Origin: Bdellovibrionales bacterium
GTDB lineage: Bacteria; Bdellovibrionota; FAC87; UBA2466
DNA: 64,000 nucleotides
Direction: 5' to 3'
Assembly: GCA_005776395.1 (NCBI GenBank)
Contig: SXPJ01000048.1
Coordinates: 24,211-88,210 of the forward strand
The notes below the pieces were generated by a model. It searched no databases and was not told where the DNA came from. It saw nothing but the letters and a program-made list of their open reading frames with translations. Shown in pieces: positions 56,423-64,000 of the stretch (the first letter of the stretch is position 1; every line of letters begins with the position of its first letter). The position numbers and the translations under genes were made by a program.

Positions 56423-57500
56423 ATGCGGAATCGTTGGGTTACCCAACGTTGGAAAATCTACACTTTTTAATGCACTTGGTTCAGCTAAGGCCGAAGCGGC
56501 AAATTATCCTTTTTGTACTATCGAACCCAATATGGGAATGGTAGAGGTTCCCGATCTAAGACTTCATCAATTGGCCAAAATCATGGGCTCACAGAAAAGC
56601 ATCTCAGCGACCACCGAAATTGTGGATATCGCCGGCATTGTTAAAGGGGCCAGTAAAGGGGAAGGTTTAGGTAATCAATTTCTATCTCACATTCGACAGG
56701 TGGATGCGATTGTTCATTTAGTTCGTTGTTTTACTAACGACGATATCATTCATGTGGATGGCAGCGTCGATCCCGCAAGAGATATCGAGGTTATTAATAC
56801 TGAACTTCTCTTAGCCGATCTTCAAACTCTGGAAAAACGTATTGATAAAGATCGACGCCTTGCTAAATCTGGGGACAAAGAGGCTCGTAGAAATGCTGAG
56901 ATTTTTGAAGGGCTTTTAAAACACATGAATGAAGGCAATCCTGTTCGTTCATTCCCATTAGATCCTAGTGATCTTCCAAGAATTGCCCCTCTTTTCTTCT
57001 TAACAGCGAAACCCGTTCTCTATGTAGCTAACTCCAGCGGCAAACCGGAAGAGCAGCCCTATGTGCAAATAGTAGCTGAAATCGCGAAGAGGGAAAATGC
57101 TAAACAGATCGTGATCGATTGCAGTATAGAAAGCGAAATTGCCCAACTCCCTGACAATGAAAAACTGGAGATGCTCGAAACCATGGGACTTGAAGAGCCT
57201 GGCCTTCACCGTTTTATTCGAACCGCTTTTGAACTGTTGGGCCTTGCTACCTATTACACCCTAGGCCCCAAAGAGGCTCGTGCCTGGACTATCCAAAATG
57301 GAATGAAAGCCCCACAGGCTGCCGGTGTGATTCATACCGACTTCGAACGCGGATTTATCTGTGCTGAAACCTATCGCAGTGAAGATTTAATTAAGTTGGG
57401 CAGTGAACAAAAAATTAAAGAGGCAGGCCTCTATCGACAAGAAGGTAAAGAATATATTGTACAAACAGGAGATGTGCTGCTCTTTAGATTCAATGTTTAA
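56412..57500 (+). CDS. ychF: Ribosome-binding ATPase YchF
   Basis: GIVGLPNVGKSTLFNAL, FCTIEPN, C-terminal TGS domain. ATG at 56412 preferred over the upstream alternative start. Confidence 0.92.
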   Translation: MSLKCGIVGLPNVGKSTLFNALGSAKAEAANYPFCTIEPNMGMVEVPDLRLHQLAKIMGSQKSISATTEIVDIAGIVKGASKGEGLGNQFLSHIRQVDAIVHLVRCFTNDDIIHVDGSVDPARDIEVINTELLLADLQTLEKRIDKDRRLAKSGDKEARRNAEIFEGLLKHMNEGNPVRSFPLDPSDLPRIAPLFFLTAKPVLYVANSSGKPEEQPYVQIVAEIAKRENAKQIVIDCSIESEIAQLPDNEKLEMLETMGLEEPGLHRFIRTAFELLGLATYYTLGPKEARAWTIQNGMKAPQAAGVIHTDFERGFICAETYRSEDLIKLGSEQKIKEAGLYRQEGKEYIVQTGDVLLFRFNV

Positions 57501-58378
57501 TGAATAAAACACCCACAATTAGCGGCTTTACGATTGTTCGTAACGCCTCTCTTTTAGAATATCCTTTTAGAGAATCGGTACTATCCGTTCTCCCTCTTTG
57601 CGATGAATTCATCATTAATTGTGGTGATTCGACAGATGATACCGCTGAAATCATAAGACAACTTGTCCAAGAGTTTCCCCATAAAATTAAGACTATTTTC
57701 ACCGAGTGGACAAAAGAGAATCAATCGGGAGGATTTCAACTTAAAAAGCAATCCGATCTAGCGCTTCAAAAAGCCACAGGCGATTGGTGTTTTTATATTC
57801 AGGCCGATGAAGTGATTCATGAAACGGATCATCCAGCTATTTTGCGAGCTATTCAAAAGGCCTCAATACGTCCCGAAGTCGACGGTATTTTATTTGATTA
57901 TCTCCATTTTTACGGAAACTTTTCCTACCAAATTAAAGGGCGCAATTGGTATCGAAAAGAGGTTAGAGTTTTTAAGAACCATCGAGGAATTGAAGCCTTC
58001 CGAGATGCTCAAGGCTTTAGAAAAACCGGCAAAAGAATCAACGTAATCCCAAGTGGGGCTAGAGTTTTTCACTACGGATATGTCAGAACTTCGCAATCTC
58101 TAAGAAAAAAAGCGGAACAAATGGCTCAATGGTGGGGAGAAAAGGCTACTAAATCACCCGAGAGCTTTTTATTAAAAAGACACGTAGGACTTTCAAAGTT
58201 CTTAGATAGTCACCCTCAAGAAATGGCCAGTAAAATTTCTCAAAACACAAAGTACTGTGATCCCATAAAAGGAAAGCGCTCTTGGGATAAAAATGAAATT
58301 AAGAATGCAATAACTCTTATTTGGGAATCAATTATCCCTTATCGAATCGGCGAGTTTAAAAACTACGAAATAGTTTGA
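57500..58378 (+). CDS. Glycosyltransferase family 2-like protein
   Basis: FTIVRNASLLEY...IINCGDSTDDT GT-A-like N-terminal pattern. Confidence 0.5.
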   Translation: MNKTPTISGFTIVRNASLLEYPFRESVLSVLPLCDEFIINCGDSTDDTAEIIRQLVQEFPHKIKTIFTEWTKENQSGGFQLKKQSDLALQKATGDWCFYIQADEVIHETDHPAILRAIQKASIRPEVDGILFDYLHFYGNFSYQIKGRNWYRKEVRVFKNHRGIEAFRDAQGFRKTGKRINVIPSGARVFHYGYVRTSQSLRKKAEQMAQWWGEKATKSPESFLLKRHVGLSKFLDSHPQEMASKISQNTKYCDPIKGKRSWDKNEIKNAITLIWESIIPYRIGEFKNYEIV

Positions 58379-58391
58379 AGAGATCTATCAT

Positions 58392-61106
58392 CTAATCTTC
58401 TAAATGGCTGACCAATACCTGAATCTCAAACCTGCCCTTTAGAGTAGTTCCAGTCACCTTATGGGTCGCATAGAGACGATTGAAATTATTAACAGAGGCC
58501 TTACCCAGATAAATACTTGGAAGTGAAAGTTGAAAATTAATACCCTTCTGTTCTAGTTCTCTCATAAGATTTCCACCAATCATATTGCTGGTTTCATTAA
58601 GACAATCAAAAAGATCTAATTTCCTTCCTTCGGCTCCTAAATTATCAGCTTTAATCGTGTTTTGAAGCAATGCTTTGGCTAAATTAAGTTCGTAGCTCAA
58701 AAATAACGTCATATCGGGTTCAGTCTCAATAGGCGACGAGCAAGAAATAATTGCAGTGACCCCACCTTCGAATCCAATGAGATCGGACTGTGAAGAGAGG
58801 GGATGGTACGTTAGAGACAACTCAACCGATGCAAATTGAATTTGGCACTGCTTCTTAGCCTCATCTAAAATAGTTCGAGTGTTAAATGAAACTCTCTCAG
58901 GTAATGACAGGGGAATCTGCATTTCCTGAGGCAGCCTAAAGTCCCCTACCAAATAAAAGAGAAAACCGTCGACTTCAACAGAGTAACAATAGGTGGGCTT
59001 ACCTAAAATCCTTAATGGCTGTCCCCAACCGAAATATGAAAGTGGATAGAGAGCGCGAATAGAAACCCCATCTGAAGTACTGCGTTCGGAAATTTCTATT
59101 CCCATATGTTTTCCAAATTCAGTTAAGGCTTCAATATGGTATTTTATAGAGACCCTATTTTTATTACCGGTAAGTCTCGGCAAAATACATTTTTCAAAGG
59201 TATCCTCAGGAACAAGTAGCCCCGCATATCCTATTCGTTCTCCATTAAACTGAATTAAAGTTCCATAGGGTTGAGAGAGTGCTTTTTGAAAATCAAACTC
59301 AGGCAAAATTTTAATTTTTTTCCCTGTCGCAGGAATTCCAAGAATTTTTTCGAGACTACTCAAATGATATTTCCCAAGAAAAAAGCAACCCTTCTGTTCA
59401 TTTTGAGTGGAAGCCCAGATAGCTTGTAGAATTCTAGCCTCAAGCCTTCTAACCTGAACCATTGAATAATGATTGTTTTCACGAAAAGCTTCACAGAGTG
59501 ACTTAATGCATATTCCACCCTCTACTATTAGATCAATTTGAGCATTATCTAGCTCAGCCTTCTCCTCAGCCACCAATTTTAAAATCTCTTCGTAATGGTG
59601 ACATAAACTTGTGATTCGACTCCAATTTAAAAATCCCACCACCCCTTTGATACTATGAACTAAACGATAGGCTTCATAGGCTGCGCTCACACGTTTCTCT
59701 TTGGAGATGGCCTGTAAACTAAGAGTTAAACGATCCAGATATTGTGACAACTCATCCAAGAGCAGAGTTTTTTCTTCCTCTTCCGCGGTAGAATAATCTC
59801 CGGAAGAGACCAAGTTAGGCGAGATCGCTAATGAAAAATCTTCGTTCAACGGAATAAGAAGTTCTATTGCTGTTCCAAAAGAGGTACTTGATAAAACTCT
59901 AATCTCTCCTCCTATAGCTTCAATTCCTCTCTTAACAATATCAAGTCCTAAACCTCTTCCCGAGATAGTATCGGCAGAATTTCGTGTCGAAAAACCTGAA
60001 TAAAAAACGAAAGGCGCCAACTCTTCACTTAATAAAGTTTGGGCCTGCTGTTCAGAGATAATCCCCTTCATTAAAGCCTTTTCCCTGATTCTCTCAAAAT
60101 CAAAACCCGAACCATCATCACTAATTACAAGATGTAATTCATTCTCCAAGAAAGCAGCTCTTATCTTAATGGTTCCACGAGCATTCTTTCCTTTTCGTTC
60201 TCGCTCTAATGGGGCTTCAATACCATGATCTACGGCATTTCTAAAAAGATGAAGCATCGGTTCGTAGAGATGATTTAAAAGAGATTTATCTAAATAGAGC
60301 CAAGCTCCCTGCGTGACAAATTGAATCTCTTTCCCCTGATCTTTAGCAATCTCCTGAACAAGCTTATGAGCTGGAATAAACAATATCTCAAGCGGCTCCG
60401 ATTTCATCTGTCGCATCATTCGCTTTACACGTTTAATTTCAGCCCGCATCTGAGCTCGTGCTTTTGGGCCGGTAAAAAGACGACTTTCTAACAATTCAAT
60501 GTTTTTTAATCGACTATAAACCATCTCTAATTGAGAGGCATAGACCCTTATTTTTCGAGGTTCTAGAATGGCCTGACGACTTGAGATCTCTTCAAGAAGT
60601 TCAGGAGAAGAGGCATTTAAACTAAAAAACACCTTAAAGGAACCATATCGAGTTTCAATAGGGCACACAAGACATGAACCCAAATCAGTGGAAAGAGAAT
60701 AATTATTTTGAAGCCCACTTCCCTTCTTTAATTCGCTCTGAAAATCCTCTGAAGCAAACTGTTTCTCAAGTGAACTAGCTAAAGACTCAAAAATAACCGA
60801 CAAAGTTAAGGCTAAAGAATCATTTTCGCTTTCCTCTTGAATATTAAGTTGATGGGAAAAAAGTTTCAGCGCAGGGACATCAATCCCCACTCCGATAAAA
60901 CCCTTAAATTCTCCGATCACTTTTGCATCTAACCAGTAAGCAAACCTCTCCTCCCCAGCTAAAGGAGTCATTTCACCAAAAAGAACTTCAGATTTTAATA
61001 ACGGGCAAAGAGCCTCAATTAAAACGCGTGTAACTAGAGTGTAAATCGGAAACTCTTTGGCGGTTTCCAGAACTCGATAATCTAGTTTTAATACCGATGA
61101 ACTCAT
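58392..61106 (-). CDS. CheA-like histidine kinase with atypical domain order (kinase core, then HPt, then CheX/CheC-like C-terminal domain)
   Basis: HLFRNAVDHGIE...DDGSGFD...GFSTR...SGRGLGLDIVK (CheA HATPase_c). HPt-like ...YRLVHSIKGVVGFL. C-terminal ETSNMIGGNLMRELEQKG...SLPSI (CheX/CheC-like). Confidence 0.75.
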   Translation of the reverse strand: MSSSVLKLDYRVLETAKEFPIYTLVTRVLIEALCPLLKSEVLFGEMTPLAGEERFAYWLDAKVIGEFKGFIGVGIDVPALKLFSHQLNIQEESENDSLALTLSVIFESLASSLEKQFASEDFQSELKKGSGLQNNYSLSTDLGSCLVCPIETRYGSFKVFFSLNASSPELLEEISSRQAILEPRKIRVYASQLEMVYSRLKNIELLESRLFTGPKARAQMRAEIKRVKRMMRQMKSEPLEILFIPAHKLVQEIAKDQGKEIQFVTQGAWLYLDKSLLNHLYEPMLHLFRNAVDHGIEAPLERERKGKNARGTIKIRAAFLENELHLVISDDGSGFDFERIREKALMKGIISEQQAQTLLSEELAPFVFYSGFSTRNSADTISGRGLGLDIVKRGIEAIGGEIRVLSSTSFGTAIELLIPLNEDFSLAISPNLVSSGDYSTAEEEEKTLLLDELSQYLDRLTLSLQAISKEKRVSAAYEAYRLVHSIKGVVGFLNWSRITSLCHHYEEILKLVAEEKAELDNAQIDLIVEGGICIKSLCEAFRENNHYSMVQVRRLEARILQAIWASTQNEQKGCFFLGKYHLSSLEKILGIPATGKKIKILPEFDFQKALSQPYGTLIQFNGERIGYAGLLVPEDTFEKCILPRLTGNKNRVSIKYHIEALTEFGKHMGIEISERSTSDGVSIRALYPLSYFGWGQPLRILGKPTYCYSVEVDGFLFYLVGDFRLPQEMQIPLSLPERVSFNTRTILDEAKKQCQIQFASVELSLTYHPLSSQSDLIGFEGGVTAIISCSSPIETEPDMTLFLSYELNLAKALLQNTIKADNLGAEGRKLDLFDCLNETSNMIGGNLMRELEQKGINFQLSLPSIYLGKASVNNFNRLYATHKVTGTTLKGRFEIQVLVSHLED

Positions 61107-61108
61107 AA

Positions 61109-61492
61109 TTAAGCAGCCTCCTCACTTGATTGAATAGGGATATTAATTTTGAGAATCAATTGACGAAGAGACTCTTTATCAAAAGGCTTCTTTAAAAAAC
61201 CGTTAGATCCAGATTGGCTTGCAGCCAGTTCATTGGCTAGGGTTGCGGCTGAACTCACCATGACAATCCAAATCTTTCTGTTTTCATAACGAATGGCTCG
61301 TAACACAGAAAGACCATCCAATTCCGGCATGACTAGATCCAAAGTCACAAGATCAGGTTTCTTTTCGGCCACTAGTTTTAGAGCTTCATAGCCATTAACA
61401 GCCTCTCCAATGACTTCATGCCCCAACTCCTTAAAATAACGACCCAATTTTATTCGAATACTTGAAGAATCATCAGCAATAACAACTTTCAT
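61109..61492 (-). CDS. CheY-like single-domain response regulator
   Basis: MKVVIADDSSSIR...DLVTLDLVMPELDG...KKPF receiver motifs (D-D...D...K). ATG at 61492 preferred over GTG at 61540. Confidence 0.8.
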   Translation of the reverse strand: MKVVIADDSSSIRIKLGRYFKELGHEVIGEAVNGYEALKLVAEKKPDLVTLDLVMPELDGLSVLRAIRYENRKIWIVMVSSAATLANELAASQSGSNGFLKKPFDKESLRQLILKINIPIQSSEEAA

Positions 61493-62057
61493 GGATATTC
61501 CTTCCTGAGTACCCCTAGTTATCGGAAAACTTAAAGACACACTGAAGCCGTTGTTAATACCGGGCGACTTGGTGCGGTCTACTTATGAATCAATACGCTT
61601 TGTCGCCTCTGACAAATTAGAGTGATGGGATAAAATAAAGTCTTTTCATAAAGCATCTTAATAAAATGGAAGCTATGACATTACGGGCCAGGAATCATAA
61701 GGGGAGACTTATGGAAATCGAGGAACAACTGCATCATTTGAATGGCATCGTAAAGATTATGAACAGAGCAAATGACAGGGGAGCATAAAAAATGGAAGCT
61801 AGAAGAGAACAGGGAGGTACAGAATTTTTTGGGGAAACAAAATCCCAATGCAGTAAGCTCTAAAATTTTATATGTGATTTTCTCTCTTTAGTGGAACATT
61901 TTTATTACCTGGTCTAGGTTCTCTAGGAGACTCGTCACAATCGTTAGCTCGTTCTCTTGCAGAACAAAGAGCACAAGGTTCACGGTAAACTTCAAGATGA
62001 AAAAGTTACGGGTATAGGAGCTATACTATGCCCTAGCGAATTAGATTATGTTTTGAA

Positions 62058-62372
62058 TTACTCAATCAGCCCTTGTTGTTTAAATACTTCGCCGGCTGAA
62101 TCTCTCAATTCAATAAGGTCAGACTCTTCTACGTCTCTCTTTTTCTCAACCTCGTCCTTCTCTACGATTTCCTGATTTTTCTTTTCCTGATTGGGAACTG
62201 TTAATTTTAAAACCTTTGCGTAGGGAATGGTTACTGCAACCGGAGATTTAACTCTCTGTTCATTTGCATTGCTCTCACCTTTCGGAAAATAGAGAGGTTG
62301 ATTATCAACCGACCCTCCAAAGTAGTAACCCACTGCGATCACCAAGAATAATACTAGCCAAAAAATTTTCAT
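62058..62372 (-). CDS. Small membrane-anchored hypothetical protein
   Basis: N-terminal transmembrane segment and a charged C-terminal region. Confidence 0.4.
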   Translation of the reverse strand: MKIFWLVLFLVIAVGYYFGGSVDNQPLYFPKGESNANEQRVKSPVAVTIPYAKVLKLTVPNQEKKNQEIVEKDEVEKKRDVEESDLIELRDSAGEVFKQQGLIE

Positions 62373-62381
62373 GCCATTATT

Positions 62382-63698
62382 ATGCCGACTATGAAAATAA
62401 AAAGCAAAGTCAGTTCTAGCATCATTCTACTCGTTTTAACTTCTCTAGTAGGGGGAGGTTATCTAATCAAAAAACGCACAACATCAAATCCTTATACCTA
62501 TAAATTTCGTTTAATAGAGAGCGCAACTTCACAAACAGACTTGGAAATTTTAGTGAAAAAGCACTTAGAAGCCCCCTCCAATCCCTATACGTTAGATGCC
62601 CTATCATGGGCCTATCTCGCAAAAGCCAAGGAGACTGATGATCCCGAACTCTATAATAAAGCAATGGAATTTGCTGGCAAGTATTCAAAGTTAAATCTCG
62701 GGAGAAATTCCAATCCTGGACTTATCATGGCTCAACTCCACCAAGCCCAACATCAGTTTGATGACGCAATTAAAATTGCACTGCCTTTACTTCTTAAAAC
62801 AAGCGACATTGGAGCTCTTCAAATATTAGTAACAAGTTATCTTGCCTTAGGAGAATTAGATAAGGCTGCTGAGCGAGCCGTACAGTGGGTATATCGACTT
62901 CCTAGTTTAACCAGTTATGTGATGTTGGCTCTAGTTCAAGAGGCACAAGGGCGTAACTCTGAAGCAGAACAAAGTTTTAAATCAGCATTGCGAGTGGAGG
63001 ATATCGGGGAAGAATGGGCTGGAGCTTGGGGGCGTAGTCTTTACGCTAGACACTTGATGCAAATGGGAAATTTAGGAGAGGCTAAAAAATTAATTGAAGC
63101 TGCACTTGCGATTCGTCCTAAGGATCCCTTTGCCTTACTTCAACTGGCCGACTTTAATTTTAAAAAGGAAAATTTTAAAATTGCCAGCGACCTATATTTT
63201 AAAATTTTCACGGAACATCAAAAATTAATTGCACTCATTGGATATATTCACACTAAAAAAGCTATGAATGAGATCGAAACCGCCAAAGAGTGGATTACAA
63301 AATCTGAAGAATTGGCCAGAAAACAAATTGGAACCTCGAAGTTTGGGCACCGATTAGAGTTAGTACAAATATTGTTAGAAAAGGAAACCTCCGAAGCGGC
63401 TAAAGAAGCAATGCTCATTGTACAGGAAGAAACTAAAGTACGTAAAGATGCCAATACCTATTATTGGCTGGCGAAAAGTTTTTCTGCTGTTAAAGAAATA
63501 CCTCGAGCTCGCATGGCAATCCAGAATACATTGGCCACAGGAGCTATCAAAGCAGACTATTATTTACTAGCAGGAGAGCTTGAAGAATCTGTACAAAGCG
63601 TACATCGAGCTCTGCTTTATTATAGTCTTGCACTAGAACTCGATCCAAATTTAAAAGCCGCTGCCAAAGGGAGGCAACGGCTTCAGCAGTATAGTTAA
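62382..63698 (+). CDS. Tetratricopeptide-repeat protein
   Basis: N-terminal transmembrane segment. Repeated W-LG-Y-A-F-P-like TPR helices. Confidence 0.6.
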   Translation: MPTMKIKSKVSSSIILLVLTSLVGGGYLIKKRTTSNPYTYKFRLIESATSQTDLEILVKKHLEAPSNPYTLDALSWAYLAKAKETDDPELYNKAMEFAGKYSKLNLGRNSNPGLIMAQLHQAQHQFDDAIKIALPLLLKTSDIGALQILVTSYLALGELDKAAERAVQWVYRLPSLTSYVMLALVQEAQGRNSEAEQSFKSALRVEDIGEEWAGAWGRSLYARHLMQMGNLGEAKKLIEAALAIRPKDPFALLQLADFNFKKENFKIASDLYFKIFTEHQKLIALIGYIHTKKAMNEIETAKEWITKSEELARKQIGTSKFGHRLELVQILLEKETSEAAKEAMLIVQEETKVRKDANTYYWLAKSFSAVKEIPRARMAIQNTLATGAIKADYYLLAGELEESVQSVHRALLYYSLALELDPNLKAAAKGRQRLQQYS

Positions 63699-63706
63699 AT
63701 TCCGTC

Positions 63707-63728
63707 CGCGTGAAACGCGACAGAATTT
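63707..63728. terminator. Weak hairpin (CGCGT-GAA-ACGCG) between convergent genes
   Basis: Short stem and a poor T tract. Confidence 0.2.
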
Positions 63729-63745
63729 AGTTAAAGAATAACGCC

Positions 63746-64000
63746 TTAAAGTATTGTCGTAATAGTAGCGTAAAATTGATTCATAACATCACGCTGAATC
63801 ACATTTGCGGAGTTTGGAGAGGCGCTTATAGCGCGTCTGGCATATTCCATACCAAAGCGGAATTGTGCATCCCAAATATAATTAGCATTAACGCGTATTC
63901 GACTGAAGGAACCTGAGTTAAAGGTCGCAGAAGCTGTATCTGTAGAGCCTGTGGTATTTTTCAAACTCGGAGAAGTGGCAAAGGCCAGTGCAAAGTCAGC
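63746..64000 (-). CDS. Hypothetical protein, 5'-truncated by the window edge
   Basis: The ORF continues in frame to the window end. Confidence 0.35.
   Translation of the reverse strand, partial: ADFALAFATSPSLKNTTGSTDTASATFNSGSFSRIRVNANYIWDAQFRFGMEYARRAISASPNSANVIQRDVMNQFYATITTIL

Noticed and set aside
1-64000. CRISPR arrays, rRNA genes, intact IS/transposase or integrase genes
   Set aside because: No regularly spaced short direct repeats, no rRNA-like conserved segments and no DDE transposase or tyrosine-recombinase motifs were seen. The only mobile-element-like signals are the fragmentary repeats described in the findings.

Overview
This is a 64 kb bacterial chromosomal window of about 42% GC. 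It looks Gram-negative (LipB, IHF-beta, outer-membrane beta-barrels, lipoproteins, many exported proteins of unknown function); the lineage cannot be fixed from the sequence.

Housekeeping genes are well supported: plsY (partial), tRNA-Arg(UCG), tRNA-Pro(UGG), a Dus-family tRNA-dihydrouridine synthase, a family III CoA-transferase, ihfB, an RlmL-like THUMP methyltransferase, yciH, lepB, dnaE, lipB, a DsbA-like oxidoreductase, and the conserved block prs / rplY(ctc) / pth / ychF.

Accessory and unusual content:
1. A six-gene, overlap-coupled glycan operon on the minus strand (13820..20389) carries unusual domain fusions.
2. A roughly 6 kb compositionally atypical islet lies between the convergent tRNA-Arg and tRNA-Pro (490..6469). 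It holds a 130-bp inverted repeat flanking one gene, a GC-rich non-coding block, a GcrA-like HTH fragment and a DUF4160/DUF2442 pair.
3. Several intergenic loci carry degenerate fragments of four-helix-bundle (PF05635 / Avd-like) genes that act as a repeat family.
4. A nucleotidyltransferase/HEPN (MntA/HepT-type) toxin-antitoxin pair.
5. A protein-glutamine glutaminase with a small co-encoded partner.
6. A copper-amine-oxidase / permease / aldehyde dehydrogenase / aminotransferase amine-catabolic cluster.
7. A CheY-like receiver followed by an atypically ordered CheA-like kinase fused to a CheX/CheC-like domain.

No CRISPR array, rRNA or intact transposase/integrase was seen.

All functional calls rest on motif recognition by eye in the supplied translations; no database search was run.
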